The position numbers and the translations under genes were made by a program. A stretch of DNA of 56,316 nucleotides, filler included, from Asterionella formosa (taxonomy: Eukaryota), in the NCBI GenBank assembly GCA_002256025.1. It is 6 parts of 6 records of this genome, joined end to end, with 100 filler letters (N's around TTAATTAATTAA, not from the genome) between each part and the next. Parts side by side here need not be neighbours in the genome. Positions count along the whole stretch, not along the records: positions 37,625 to 46,920 come from NKIB01010854.1; positions 47,021 to 56,316 come from NKIB01010859.1; 4 more parts are not named here. The stretch is one strand, 5' to 3'. The notes below the pieces were generated by a model, which was not told the DNA's origin, ran no database searches, and was given only the letters and a program-made list of their open reading frames with translations. This document shows positions 42,641 through 55,473 of this stretch, in pieces; position 1 is the stretch's first letter; each line of letters starts with the position of its first letter.

Positions 42641-44094
42641 AAGTTGCGGTAATTTTGCTGAAATTAAAGATTTAGCTATTTTTATCCCAGATCGACCGCA
42701 ACTTCCAAGGTACTCCTGTTACAAGGTACCTGGTACCTGGTACGGAGTACTACTTAGGTAGCAGTACCGGTACCCCGACAACATTGGCGTTGGAAAATGG
42801 TGGTTAGATGCGCAAGCTGGAACCCAGAGTCAGAGTCACACTACCTGGACCAGGTACCAGGTACTATGTCTGATGCTGCAGTATGCTGCAGCATGGTGTA
42901 AAAAATCCCTGACGGTGGTCCCAGCTGCCAAGGGACAGAGAAAGTTGTTGTCATTTTGCTGAAATTGATAACATGACCCAGGACAAGCATGATTTAAATA
43001 CACTGAAAATGTCATTGATTCACTCTTTAAAATCATCTGTGGTATTATCACCATTTTGTGAAGTAGGTTTTATGCTAATTTTATTCTTCAAAACAGGAAG
43101 GAAACATCAAAACACAACAATGACTCAGGCAATAGAGGGGCAGCCAAAGCAACAGCAAGCAAGCCTAGCTTACATTGCTTTATTCTCTCCAAACTCAAAA
43201 TCATTCTCCTTTTCCAGCTGAAGTGAGGAAAACAACCTATCTTAATTAATGGTTTCAAAGTCATTGGGATTGGAAATTCATAATTGCCAGCATCATCATA
43301 CCAATGACCCAATATAACTATTATAAACAATGTATGTAGCTAGTACAGTGCATACTCATGTTACTGGGTTACTGGGTACATTGACTGACGACTACATAAT
43401 GAACAGAATACATACTATACTGGTACAGTACTTATACTGGGTGGTAAGAAAAACATGAAATCTCATCACCATCATGCTTCCATCATTCCCATGTCACAAT
43501 GCATCCTTTTTGCAGCAGCAATACAAGCAATCATGCCTAAGCTAATAAATAACTTGTTTGGCATCTTTTCCTTTAAAAGAATGGAATATTCTAAACTAAA
43601 TAATGATGTACAAGTGCTTATGAGTGCTACCCCGGGCACCCTGAGCAGCATGAGTCCACCCAGCATGCATACAGCAGTGGTATTGTATGATAGTTACTAT
43701 ATTGGGTACCACTAGTTGTTACATATGATGACACTAGCATTCTTTGAATATTCAAATCCAAATAAATATAGCACCATTCATTATTTGTTGTTTTTGTCAC
43801 TTTGGCCGGAAAAAGAAAACGATTTTGAGTTTCTTGGAGAGAACAAAAGCAAAGTTAGCAAGACTTGCTTACTTTTTCTTCGGGACTCCCCTCTATTGCC
43901 CCAGTCATTTTCTTTTTCTTTTTTAGCCATTTGCCTCCTTTTGATGTTTCCGCGTTTAGACGAAATAATATTTACATCACTAGCTAGTTGTGATACTGTT
44001 GATTCAAAGAGAAAGTTGATGACATTCCCTATTTAGTCTTTTTGAGCGCCTGTCCTGCGTCACGTTATCCATTTCAGAAAAATTACCGCAACTT
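42641..44094. mobile_element. Degenerate foldback/TIR-type element with nested inverted arms
   Basis: aagttgcggtaattttgctgaaat (42641-42664) versus atttcagaaaaattaccgcaactt (44071-44094); 43098-43237 is a diverged reverse complement of 43787-43951. Confidence 0.55.
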
Positions 44095-46581
44095 TCTGGT
44101 ACATGGAAGGCCTGGTACTAGTGCACGTTTTATGCGCACTTTTTCAGTTTCAGCTCACTCCCAATAATTTCTCCCATGCCTAGCACCAGAAGGCCGGGTA
44201 AGGCTGGCTTTCCATTCCAAACTCTCTTAAGTAACTTTCTATCCCGTTAAATTATCGATTCATTCAATCCAAGTCGTGTTCTGATTGTCTAAATCGTGTT
44301 CACCTACTTCTAGTACTGGTAATAGTATTCAGGAACTGGAAGATGGTTTGGTTATAGACTGCACAAATCACTCAGTAACTTCTAGAGCAAATTCTATTAT
44401 TAGTCAGTAAGAAATCATATGCGTGGTCTGCAATGTCATTTATAGTCGTGGTTAGCAAACTATGTAGTACTAGTCACTAACTGGATCAGTAGTTGTAAAA
44501 AAGTTGTTTTGAAAATATGAATAGATTATTATTTGATATTGTTGAATAGCGAATCAACCAAAGTTTGATTCGACCTATAGATTACCGTAGTGTAGCATGA
44601 TGTTGCATACTGTGAATGTGTCAAATCATGTTGTAATTTCGCCGCTTTGAATTATGCATCATTGAAACTATTTGAAGCAATTCGCTGCCACTGGTGATTT
44701 CAATTTTCGTTTTCATTTTTTGTTGTCATTTTAAGTGATATTATAATGATTCTTCTATAATTGTATTGTAAAAATCATGAATAATAAACTGGCATGTACC
44801 AAATAGCATGATAGCATCGTTCTCATTTTCCATGGAGATATTCAGTGTCATGCTGGTCAAGGCGGAATGACACGATGCAGCCAGGATTCTCCAGCTGCTC
44901 ACAACGACTACATTTTAGCGTTTAATATATAGAAATAAATCGCAACATTTTAGCTAAGTATTTATAAACTTGCATCTACAACGGCTACCTTGGGTACCCT
45001 GAGCACATATTGTATGTATAGCTTTAGTATCTGTGATATGTATGATATTTCGGGGAATGACTTAGTGGTTAGCACACCTGATGCGGTGGCAAGTTCCATT
45101 CCTGCATTCTCCACCTGTCTTTTTCGTGTAGTCCCTAGAGTTCTGTGGGGTGTGGCTGACAAAAAGACAGGTCCCATTGTACTTTACGGACGAATAAAAC
45201 TGGTACTAATTGCGTCCATTTATTCATTTATTTGGGCACGAGTGCGATTATTGCATAGCTTTAACGTTCTATAAGATAATTTTTTGAAATGTATGATGCT
45301 TGCAAATATGCCAGTACCCGCCTGGTATGCTGTTGCTGCCGCATCACGTGTGATAAGAATGACTGTGATTATGTACATGGATATATTTTATGTTCATAGC
45401 AGTATTAGCATGGCTATTAGGGGTCATCTAGTACATAGTTGTGTATGTTCATGTTACTCCTGGTGATTCATTTGCATAAGGGTCATTCTTCAGAAAACCT
45501 ATTTTTATTTGCTAGCAAGTTCTTTTCATAGTCATCAAATTCTACCAGTAGCTGTTTTCAGCAAGTTCTAGTTGTTTTGTCATATAGAATGATTCCCATT
45601 TGTATTCCGAAGCAAGAAGACTGTTTCTTGAAACAGTTGATCATGAAGAAAATCCAAGTCGTATTCAGAGTTTGATTCTGCAAATCGTCACAGGTCAATA
45701 AGAGTAGTAACGTTTTCCTAAATAACTTCAGGAATATTATTTTTATCGAAAGCTGGTCGATCTTGGGAGTGAATTGGTGTTACTGAAAAGGTGCTCATGA
45801 AACGTGCACTACTGGACCTTCCTGGAGAATGGGGGTTGTTAAATTACCGGGTAAACTGCTGGTACTTGGCGAGAAATGTTCTGCTTTGCTCTATTATGTG
45901 CCGGTCGGTTGTCAGCCAGCCAGCACCCATCGACTGTGATATAAGATGACAAATTTTTTCAAGGGATCAGGCCCACAAAAAAAATTAATTTATAATTCAC
46001 TATTTATCTGTTTAGAATTTTTGGATGAGATTGTCATCATGACAGTTGTTTCCACCACCAAGTCAGCATACTTTCTCAGAGAAAATTTTGAATATGTACA
46101 AAATATATACTGACTCAAAGAGGAGAATACCGGTAATTGGGTTTGTGCTTGCTGCATTCTAAGTAGTCAACACAGAATTCTATGTTTAGGTAACTTTGGA
46201 AATAAGTTACCAAAGCAACAAAAAGCACAAAATGCTTATTTACTTTCAACTTCGTACCAAATGCGTATTTACTTTTTACTTAAGCACCAAACGCTTACCC
46301 ACATTCACTTTTAACTTAAGCAGCAAGGGTAAAGAGCGCAAGCCAAACCTCCATGGAAGCGTTCCAGCCCTTGCATGATTATTGCAAAAGTTGTATAATT
46401 AGCTAATAAAATCTAACCCCCCAAAATTATGGTATTAAACGGTTTTAAGCACATTTTCCCGATGTCCCTGGTACCAGTGTACCGTTACCCTGGTACCCTG
46501 TGACTACGCATGTACCGGTCTACATAAAATGGATCCGGTCATGCAAGGACCCCAAGTACTGTCAGAGTGTGTCTGTTAGGC

Positions 46582-46920
46582 TGTTGATGTCGACAGGTGT
46601 CCGAAGACTAGGTAGTCTGAGGAATGTCTAAACGGAAATAGACAGGATTTATATAGCAGAAGAATCTGCAGACGAGCGGCGTGAGAAAGATCTTGACCGG
46701 TCATTCCAGGGCAGTACTGGAGCGCGCTAGAGTAGCGCCATATATTTCAACATGGTAGCGGGCTCGTTAGTACAAGTGGTACGAGGAAGAACATGAAAAC
46801 CAGAGGTCGACAGTTCGAGTCCATCAGCAAGAACAGAAAGAAAAAGAGAGAAGAGAAAAAGAAAAACAGAGACGTAGAAAACGAGACGTAGAAAACGAGT
46901 AGGCACTATGAGAATTCCTG
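46582..46920 (+). mobile_element. 5' LTR + PBS of an LTR retrotransposon at the contig end
   Basis: TGTTGA (46582)...TCAACA (46752), followed immediately by TGGTAGCG (tRNA 3'-end-type PBS), then a purine-rich leader with a 14-bp tandem repeat. An alternative LTR start at 46560 is possible. Confidence 0.6.
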
Positions 46921-47212
46921 NNNNNNNNNNNNNNNNNNNNNNNNNNNNNNNNNNNNNNNNNNNNTTAATTAATTAANNNNNNNNNNNNNNNNNNNNNNNN
47001 NNNNNNNNNNNNNNNNNNNNCATTTATCCATGGGATTCTAGAGCACTGGTAATAGTTAAGAGGAATAGTGTATGATTTTATGCAGTTACAATGTCCAAAT
47101 GAATTATTGCTGTTCCATTTTTAATCCAAACACAGTTCCAGTACATTACCTTATACTCCCTCACAAAATATACCTACTAGTACATGCCGTATGTACACTG
47201 GTGAGACATGTA

Positions 47213-47899
47213 TCATCGTGGTACCAGGTACCAGGTGCAATACCAGCTTATCGCTCTCGGTGTGAGTGATATGCTGATGATGTGATGCTCGATTTCGACA
47301 TCAAGCATTACATCCAAGCTGATTCTGGATTCCGTTTCTCCATACACTCGTGTGTAGAATTTGTCGTATGTAGATGGCTGGTACAAACGGAACACACCGA
47401 CCTCAGTGTCCGGTAAAATGGTTGTGCAACTCATCACTGACATTTTCTTCAGGCTATCTGGGGCATAACAAATTTCCATCGATGAATTTTGATGTGCGAA
47501 TGGTCGCTGCTCCGGGTTACAAGTAAATGTCAGCGTACAGGTTCTTATCTGTGGATAGCCGTAACCAGGATGCCTGGTACTCATGAAAACCTTGTACCTG
47601 GCGATACTGGTACAACGATATCTTTCATACCGCCAGACTGGCTGACTGTCGAGAGGAGTCCGAGAAACTGGACGGTCCAGATATGAAACCGTTACCGTTA
47701 GCTTTGTTTTCTCGGTATGGTAGGTTTTGCTAGTCAACACAACTGTATTTAGACAGGAAGGTTTTTTCATGAGTTTTTCACTGGTACCTCGTACCCGGCA
47801 AAATGTGATCGGTAACAGTAAGTATTCCGGTATTTCGTCGTCGCTACCTGGTACCTGGTACCAGTAGGTCTGTGGTGGTGCAATGTGGTGCAGCGACAA
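47213..47899 (-). CDS. Hypothetical protein, no family recognised
   Basis: 228-codon open frame; both ends run into GGTACCA repeats, so the real start may be the ATG near 47770. Confidence 0.3.
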   Translation of the reverse strand: MSLHHIAPPQTYWYQVPGSDDEIPEYLLLPITFCRVRGTSEKLMKKPSCLNTVVLTSKTYHTEKTKLTVTVSYLDRPVSRTPLDSQPVWRYERYRCTSIARYKVFMSTRHPGYGYPQIRTCTLTFTCNPEQRPFAHQNSSMEICYAPDSLKKMSVMSCTTILPDTEVGVFRLYQPSTYDKFYTRVYGETESRISLDVMLDVEIEHHIISISLTPRAISWYCTWYLVPR

Positions 47900-49320
47900 T
47901 ATGACGTCAGCAAGGAGTGCCTTACCGGTAGTTAAAAATTCATTACCGGTAGTATAACCTATTTACCGGTATAGAACACAAAATGCTAGCAATATTTTAT
48001 TAGTACCGGTATGTCCCATTACATGTATGTACCGGGTAGCCTACGGTCGTTGGCTGCTATAAAATACATATCATATATGAACCTGATCGTGATCCTATGT
48101 AGAAAATATCAATACGGTAGTGCAGCTCGAAGCACGGAGTTTATATATGGGTAGTCTGATGGTGCAATTTTGGTTTCTCTAAGTGATAGTGGTGCAATCG
48201 GTGGTGCAATTGTGGTGCAAATGCCAATGGGCAGTTGAATTTACGAATAGTGTTCTCTTTTTCAACCCTGTTTGGGATAGGTTTCCTAAAATAAGAGCAC
48301 CGCATCGACCGAATTCCAAGCCAATTGTAGTTACGGATCAATACACGTCATGATGCGTTTTGTTGGTCGAAAATGTAAAAATATTTTAGCCACCGCATCG
48401 ACCAAGTGTCATGCAACAGCTACAGTACCAGGTAGTCGATACATACCGGTATACCGGTAATAAAATGGAATACCGGTAACCCTAACCCTTAAAAAAAACC
48501 AAAAGTGTGACGAATATTCAACGATTACAGGCTGGCTATAAACACGTGCTTTTCCTTCCAGATTATTGTGATAATTATCCAGGACTCAAGCCATGTAGGA
48601 AATCAACATGTTTTATGGACCAGTATAGAATCTATTGTCAATACTAGTAGCACTGGTTGGTACCTGATAATGTTGGCACTTTGTATGGAATCAATATTCG
48701 TTTACCTGCATACCATACTCAAGAATGATCTGTTCAATTCTCGACTCTGTCATGGTTTGGTTTTCTGGCATGTGCTGTTGCTGCACACGGCCGCCATTAT
48801 GATTTGCATGGTGCTGCTTTGATCCACACAATGTAAGACTTTTTCTACATGTCACTTCAAATTTGTGCTCTGCAGGAGTATTTTCTGTTGTTTTATCATT
48901 GACAATGGAAATGAAACTCATCTGAAGTTGGCTGCCAGTATCATTGATACCTTTTTGGAGGAGGTGAAAAAGGTATTAATTTGGTATCAATGATATGACT
49001 GCATTGATACCACTAGGGTAGCCATTGCTGATACCCCAAATTGATACCAACTGTTATTTTTTGCTGGAAACCCGGAAATGATACCACATTGTGCGAAAAA
49101 TGCAGAATGATAAGAACGCCCCTAAATGATGGGCAGGCAGTGCCAGAAGACTGTTCAGTATTTGTTTCCATATGTCATTATTATTGGACATAAAATATTC
49201 ATTGAAATGGCTTAATATACACTTTTAAACACCACCAAGCAAATATATAAAATGCTACAGCTAACATGCATCATTCATTGACAAAATATACTACTTCTGT
49301 GAAAGAAAAATGCACAACAA

Positions 49321-50134
49321 GGCCTAACACTTTTTCTTAATTGTCGATTGCCCCAAAATTATCGCAGTATGATGTTTTTATTTTTGATCAACTTTTTGCG
49401 TGTTTGATCATAAACATATTTATGCATGATTGTAAATGAATCGTTATTATATCAAACTTTTGTTGTTGTTGCACTAATTATTATACCGTTTATGTTATAC
49501 ATTGAATGTCTTTATTTATCAATACAGCATTCAAAACACATTGTTCAAACAATGGCATAATCGTTAATACAGAACCGTTACTGTGTTATCAAGTGATTTT
49601 AGCCGTTGATGCCACTCCATTGATGGTTCCGAGTGCCAGTTGCTGAGCCCTTGTTTGAGATTTAGCAATTTTTGGATCCCTGCGTTAGGAAGTTTTTTGT
49701 AATCGCCGCTTTCCAATCTTGTTTCTGAAGTTCTGTTTGCTCCGACTGATAAGGCCATGCCCATCTAGTTTGTGATGGCTGATGCGGATGCATTCCATTG
49801 TTATTTCTGGACTAATGCCAGTTCCATCCGCCATTGCTATGTCTGAGAGCATCGAGACTCAAAGATACATTCTGCAAGCGATAATGTGAAATTGCAGCTC
49901 ACTCTTATTTTTAGGAACTCTTGCGTCGTGTTTGCAAGATGTATGAGATCCTGACCAGCAGGGGTTGCTAATTTACATTTGCATCTCCTTGTGACTTCCA
50001 ATTGTTCAATCATTTATATATTTGATCAAATACGCAAAAAGTTATTGTTCAATTATTTTTGATGTATGATCAATAAAAAAGTCATACTGCGATAATATTT
50101 GGGGCAGTGGATAATTGAGGAAAAGTGTTAGGTC
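49321..50134. mobile_element. Non-autonomous TIR DNA transposon, possibly PIF/Harbinger-type
   Basis: ~105-125 bp imperfect TIRs (ggcctaacactttt... / ...aaaagtgttaggtc); flanks CAA and TAA resemble a 3-bp TWA target duplication with one mismatch. Confidence 0.7.
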
Positions 50135-51745
50135 TAACATTTTTTCATTTACAGACGAACAAGAAGCAGGCAGGTCTACATAAGCTCCCCCCCCATTTCA
50201 CAACGACCTCCACAATGTCGAGATCTTTATCAATAGAGTACTATAAAATTTACATAATATTTTTAAATGCTATTCTTGCAAAGACTGGAACTTTTGGTCA
50301 AAGTATGAAAAAACCCATGATAGTATACTAGAAAAATCCCAAAGCAGCTAAAAACTGTCACAAATTGAAATAAGTTCTTCTGGTTACTAAACAGCAAGAC
50401 TATAAAATAAAATGGGGCGGTATTTCTCAAGGTGGACATACTACTCATAGTTGGGAAACTCCAAAAACAACTTTTGAGATTGTTGCTACTATGACAAACC
50501 AAAATAGAGAGGAACAAAAAAATTATTTGTGTTGTTGATACTCCCCAATTTGGTATTTTTCCAAAATTCATTGCTTTAAATAAAGGAAACCACAAACCAG
50601 AATTATGTGAACATTTGCGAGGATGAATTTTCCCCAAATTGGTCTTGGTGAAATTTATAATTTGACCAATTTGGGAGAAGAACATGTGATGGTTTTGTTC
50701 AAGTTGAAATTTCAGCTGAATGGGTATCACTAAAACTGTGTGTCAACTATCTCATTTTCTCAGATTTGGAATGTCATTAATAAAAACTGATTCCAATTTT
50801 GAAGCAGCTCCCAAAGTGGAATTGAAAATTTCCACATATTTGTATGGGAGACCTAAACTGGAGAGCCGTTTACGACTAAAAGTGACCAATTTGGGGTAGT
50901 TTGGTTTCCTAGATGTCATCAAGCAAGAAGAGGAGAGACTCTCACTTCCATCATAAACTGCCATGAAATAAATTTTTTTAGTATTTTCATCCTCATGAAA
51001 GTGAATTTTCACTCAAAAAGACATTTTATTGTGTATAATAACAAACTTGAGTTGGGACACTTACTAGTTGAGCACCGATGACAGCATGTACATATATATA
51101 TGTAACTACTACTAGTACTTGTTGCTAGCTACTTGTAGACATCAAACAGCTTGTCTTCACCAGCAGGCCAGACAAGTGAACCAGATCATAACATGTCCTA
51201 GACGAATAGAAAGACAATCATCTAAAGCTCATTCAAGCAACTCCTGGTGTCTGTCTGCAGGATGACCATTAGCTATCCTCCTTCACTTCTTGATCATTCA
51301 TGATATTACAAAAATAGCTACTATGCCCTGCTATCATCTCTGCAATGATAGGACAGAATTTCTAATAGCAGTTGTACTAAGAAGTAGATAAGGAGACAAT
51401 AATGATATGATCATCAATGATGATTGCTCTGGCTTGACACAACCATAGTAATGTAGTGGATGCATTTACTCCACCAAAATTTTAATTTAATGAATGGATC
51501 CAAAATGATGAAATTTCTTAGCTTTGATTGACCTAACGATTTTGTATATTGCCAACGATTAGAATGGAGGTTGAACTTTGGAAAAATGTCATGAGTTTAT
51601 TGTTTGATGAACAAGTAATCTCATAGGTTTGATTGACTTTCAAAGAATGGCACCCAATATTTTAAAATATATAAACTAATGTTATATGAATCCTTTTCTT
51701 TCCCAAGAAAGTGCTGCCAAGCTACTATATCAAGGATTCTTGCTT

Positions 51746-52855
51746 CTAATCCTCAGTGATAACCATCTTGACGCCATCCATGGTTCCATCCTTGCTGGTA
51801 TCTCGATTAACGCACTTGCGATATAGTTCTACAAATGTAGCAACATTCTCAGGGGTTGTTAGGTCATCTAGGCTTGCCATTTGTTCTTCCGACAATACAA
51901 AATCAAAAACTTGTGCATTTTCCACCATTCGTTCTTTCTTGACTGACTTTGGGATGTAAACAAACCCATGTTGGACGCACCAGCGACCTAAAATTTGAGC
52001 TGGTGTCTTGCCATGAAATACTGCAATCTCCACCAAGAGGGGGTGAGAAAAGGCCTTTCCATCTCTGAGGCTACGATAGGATTGAAGTACTACCCCTTCC
52101 TTCTGAAAGGCGTCAATAGTGTTCTTGCGGTACAAGAATGGATTGATTTCAATTTGATTCACAAGTGGAAGTGATTGCACGCCGCTGTCTTTGAGTTCAA
52201 GATAGTCTTCCAAGGCGTAGTTAGACACCCCAATACCCTTGATCTTTCCCTCTTTCTGTAGTTCCTCCAAGCATTTGTATGCTGACACATGATGGCCAGG
52301 GACGGGCCAATGAATGAGATATAGATCAATGTAGTCAGTGCCGAGATCTTTTAGAGTTTTGTCAAGTTGTTTCCGAATGGCAGTAGGCCCTTTTTCGATG
52401 GTTGTTGTCCATACCTTGCTGCATAAGTACAGTTCCTTCCGCTCCACACCACTGGCCGCAATAGCGGCTCCAACTTGAGCTTCGTTGCCATAAAACTCGG
52501 CACACTCCAGGAATCGATATCCAACGGCCAGAGCGTCTGCGACACATTCCGCCGCGGTTCGTTGCGCAACTGTTGTTGTTGTTGTTGTTGTTGCTGCACT
52601 CACAGAAGAAGCCGATGCAGGAATAAACCCAACCTTGTAGGTTCCGAACCCAATGGCAGGATGAGCTGTGCCATCTCGTAATGAAATTGTCGGGCACTTC
52701 TGCATGCTGACGCTGCTGCTGCTGCTTCGACTGCTTCTATTCAGCAGGCGAATAATGTCGTAGTTCGAAGATCGTAAGAACGATGGTGTAACGAATGCGG
52801 TGGTGGCACGAGGGACCCAAAGGAACAGAAGCATTATGTGTACAACTCTCATCAT
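51746..52855 (-). CDS. Aldo/keto reductase with a predicted bipartite plastid-targeting presequence
   Basis: IGFGTY, GYRFLECAEFYGNE, SKVW, DYIDLYLIHWP, IGVSNY, NQIEINP, IPKS motifs; signal peptide ending TTA|FVTP followed by a Ser/Arg-rich transit peptide. Confidence 0.93.
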   Translation of the reverse strand: MMRVVHIMLLFLWVPRATTAFVTPSFLRSSNYDIIRLLNRSSRSSSSSVSMQKCPTISLRDGTAHPAIGFGTYKVGFIPASASSVSAATTTTTTTVAQRTAAECVADALAVGYRFLECAEFYGNEAQVGAAIAASGVERKELYLCSKVWTTTIEKGPTAIRKQLDKTLKDLGTDYIDLYLIHWPVPGHHVSAYKCLEELQKEGKIKGIGVSNYALEDYLELKDSGVQSLPLVNQIEINPFLYRKNTIDAFQKEGVVLQSYRSLRDGKAFSHPLLVEIAVFHGKTPAQILGRWCVQHGFVYIPKSVKKERMVENAQVFDFVLSEEQMASLDDLTTPENVATFVELYRKCVNRDTSKDGTMDGVKMVITED

Positions 52856-54279
52856 TGTCACATTGCTTCATTGATGAGAATCGATCGGACCGTGCGATCA
52901 CACACACACACACGATCATCATAAATAAGTATTACGGGTAAATGAAATGCTATTTAGTATGTATATATATATATTAAATGCCGGTATTGTATCGCTCATT
53001 GTATATGCATTTATTCAGCTTTTTCAAACTCATTTGCTTCCAGTAGTTGAAACACATAGAGATTCCTGATTCCTGATCAGGTTATGAGTGTCAATATATT
53101 TTCGCCTCTAGTGACCTGATTAGGAACATGTACCACAATCCACTAGATGATTGATTCAAGATTACATGGTTAAATATCGCATGTAAAATGCCACAGTTGA
53201 GAGAGGAACTTTTAGGAGAAGTTCTCTCTAACCTGTTAATTGGACTCTAGAAGACGATCAGACCTAGAAGCCAAATCAATAAATGATTGACTAGACAATT
53301 AGCTACAGATATGTCCGCAACATCAAGGAACATTAAAGAAGCAAACTAGATATGATCTAGTTATGATTAACAGGATCATTCTGTAAGCAGTCTTCGATCA
53401 AACAGCATCTGGCCTAAGTTGAGACAGGCCAAGATTAAGACAAATGTGTATTTAGGAAGAGGATGTAGTTTATTCTCAGTTCAAGTTGGGAACACAAATG
53501 AACCTCGCCTCCGAAGATCACCTCTATTTTGAAACATGCATGAGCTTGGAAGTTTCAAAATTATACATTCAAATTTACATTTACATTAAGCTCACTCTTT
53601 TATAAAAACAATTATTAGCAAACAAAGTAAAACAAACAAATTGTGTAGAAACATTTTTCTAGCAAATTTTACTGCGTGAGAGCTACAGATACGTAGCATC
53701 TACCAACTCCAGTAGACTTACATGCAATACAAAATATTATATTATAAATACACTTATTGCAGCATTCTTGTCTCTGGACTACATACAGTGGCTGGCCTTA
53801 CAATTTATACCAGTACTGGTTGATGCCTCGTATGTACATCGTCGTCTAAACAACACTGTATCAATCACTACATTTAGCAATGCAACCTTCTATATCTACA
53901 TCTTAATTTGCTGTCTGTACTCCACTCTCTAGCCTCTATTTTGGTTGCCAAAATTAACCAATGTATGGAGTTAGGAAACTCATGCTTGGACCCCCAGCCA
54001 CTTGATGGTTCAAAAACATTTGGTCATCACACTAATCAGGTCTGTCATAATGGTATATGGACCATTCTTTTCCTGATGGAGCAGAATATTAAGAAAGAAT
54101 TTTGGAAGGACAAACCAACCCTCAAAATTCTTTAATGGATTATGCTTCGCCTTTAATTGTCTTCGACTGCCACCAATGCTAACCAGTTTGCATATGCAAG
54201 CAAGTGACAAAATTGCACTGCACCTTTGAAATCCTCTCATCGTTTTTCATTCAATTTGATCCAACATCTTCCATGAAAT

Positions 54280-55473
54280 CTATTGATCCAATTTGTCCCG
54301 TGGAATTTTTCGGTTGGGTTTTGATTTTGACTTGACTTTGCGATTTGTCATTTGTTCTGAATTGCCTTGTACTTCCAAGGATAATTTCCTCCATCGTGCC
54401 ACTCGATTAGATTCCAACTCTCCAGTATTTATTGCCAATTGAATGGCACAGCCTGGTTCACTAACATGCTGACAATCCCGAAATCTACATTTGGCTGATA
54501 ATTCCACAAGGTCCGCAAATACTGTGGCTACTCCACTAGCGGCATCCAACAATTGCAATTCTCTCATTCCTGGTGTATCCACAATGGCACATACATTTTG
54601 TGGAACAAAAAGTTGTCGATGTGACGTGGTGTGTCTACCTTTTCCATCATCTACTCGAATGCCACCTGTATCTGCCACCACAGATCCACACAATGCATTG
54701 ACTAATGTGGATTTTCCCACCCCTGACGATCCCAACATTGCCACTGTTTGACCTGGTTGACACCATTTTGCCAACTTGGTGGTAACTTCACCCTTGTCAC
54801 GTGCATCCAACATAACAACCTCCATGGTGTGTTCCAACATTGCCATGGCGTTTGGTTTATAGGAGGATACTGCCTCGTCGTCTACTGCCAAATCTGCTTT
54901 CGTTAGGACAATAACTGGTGTTATATCCGCTTGTATTGCCATGGCAACGTACCGTTCCAAGCGTGCCACATTAAAGTCTTGATTACAAGAAGAAACAATA
55001 AAAATGGTATCTAAATTGGCAGCCATGTACTGTATGTCTCTACCTGATCCTGGAGCCCGACGTTGAAGGATGGTGGAACGTTTCAATCGTGTGGATTTAT
55101 AATTGGGTTGATGTGGATGAATCAAAAGCCAATCCCCCACGACGACTGGACTACTAGCTATAATGGGTGGTTGGATCGTCCACTCTATTCCATCGTCCCC
55201 CATGACACATACCATCCCCTTTGTGGGTACAGCAATAACACGTACGGGTATTCGTGTTTCTGTGTCGTCAAGTTGATTGGCAAAGAATGGTTGCCATCCA
55301 AGTCTTTGGAGAGTAGAAGTAGTAGTAGTAGTAGTTGTTGTTGTTGTGTTGAGTGTGTCATGCAGAATCATCGTTCGTCGTTGCATGGATGGTAGGAAAA
55401 TGTGCGGAAGAAAAGCAGTGGTACTACCGGTAATCATTGTCACTTGCAGCAGCAGCAGCAGCAGCAGCAACAT
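54280..55473 (-). CDS. rsgA: Ribosome small subunit-dependent GTPase A (RsgA/YjeQ) with a predicted plastid presequence
   Basis: Circularly permuted GTPase: LTKAD, GSSGVGKS, GRHTT, DTPG, Zn finger CRFRDCQHVSEPGC. The ORF opens at 55566; ATG 55473 gives a poly-Leu signal peptide ending TTA|FLP. Confidence 0.93.
   Translation of the reverse strand: MLLLLLLLLQVTMITGSTTAFLPHIFLPSMQRRTMILHDTLNTTTTTTTTTTSTLQRLGWQPFFANQLDDTETRIPVRVIAVPTKGMVCVMGDDGIEWTIQPPIIASSPVVVGDWLLIHPHQPNYKSTRLKRSTILQRRAPGSGRDIQYMAANLDTIFIVSSCNQDFNVARLERYVAMAIQADITPVIVLTKADLAVDDEAVSSYKPNAMAMLEHTMEVVMLDARDKGEVTTKLAKWCQPGQTVAMLGSSGVGKSTLVNALCGSVVADTGGIRVDDGKGRHTTSHRQLFVPQNVCAIVDTPGMRELQLLDAASGVATVFADLVELSAKCRFRDCQHVSEPGCAIQLAINTGELESNRVARWRKLSLEVQGNSEQMTNRKVKSKSKPNRKIPRDKLDQ

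Noticed and set aside
46761..46835. tRNA-like sequence with A-box/B-box-like motifs (GTTCGAGTCC)
   Set aside because: Acceptor and T stems do not pair; it lies in a retrotransposon leader.
50200..51012. Decayed minus-strand gene, possibly glycosyltransferase-like
   Set aside because: Multiple stops and frameshifts with only a vague FFVPLY similarity.
53089..53585. Possible solo LTR (TG...CA)
   Set aside because: No convincing target-site duplication or second copy in the window.
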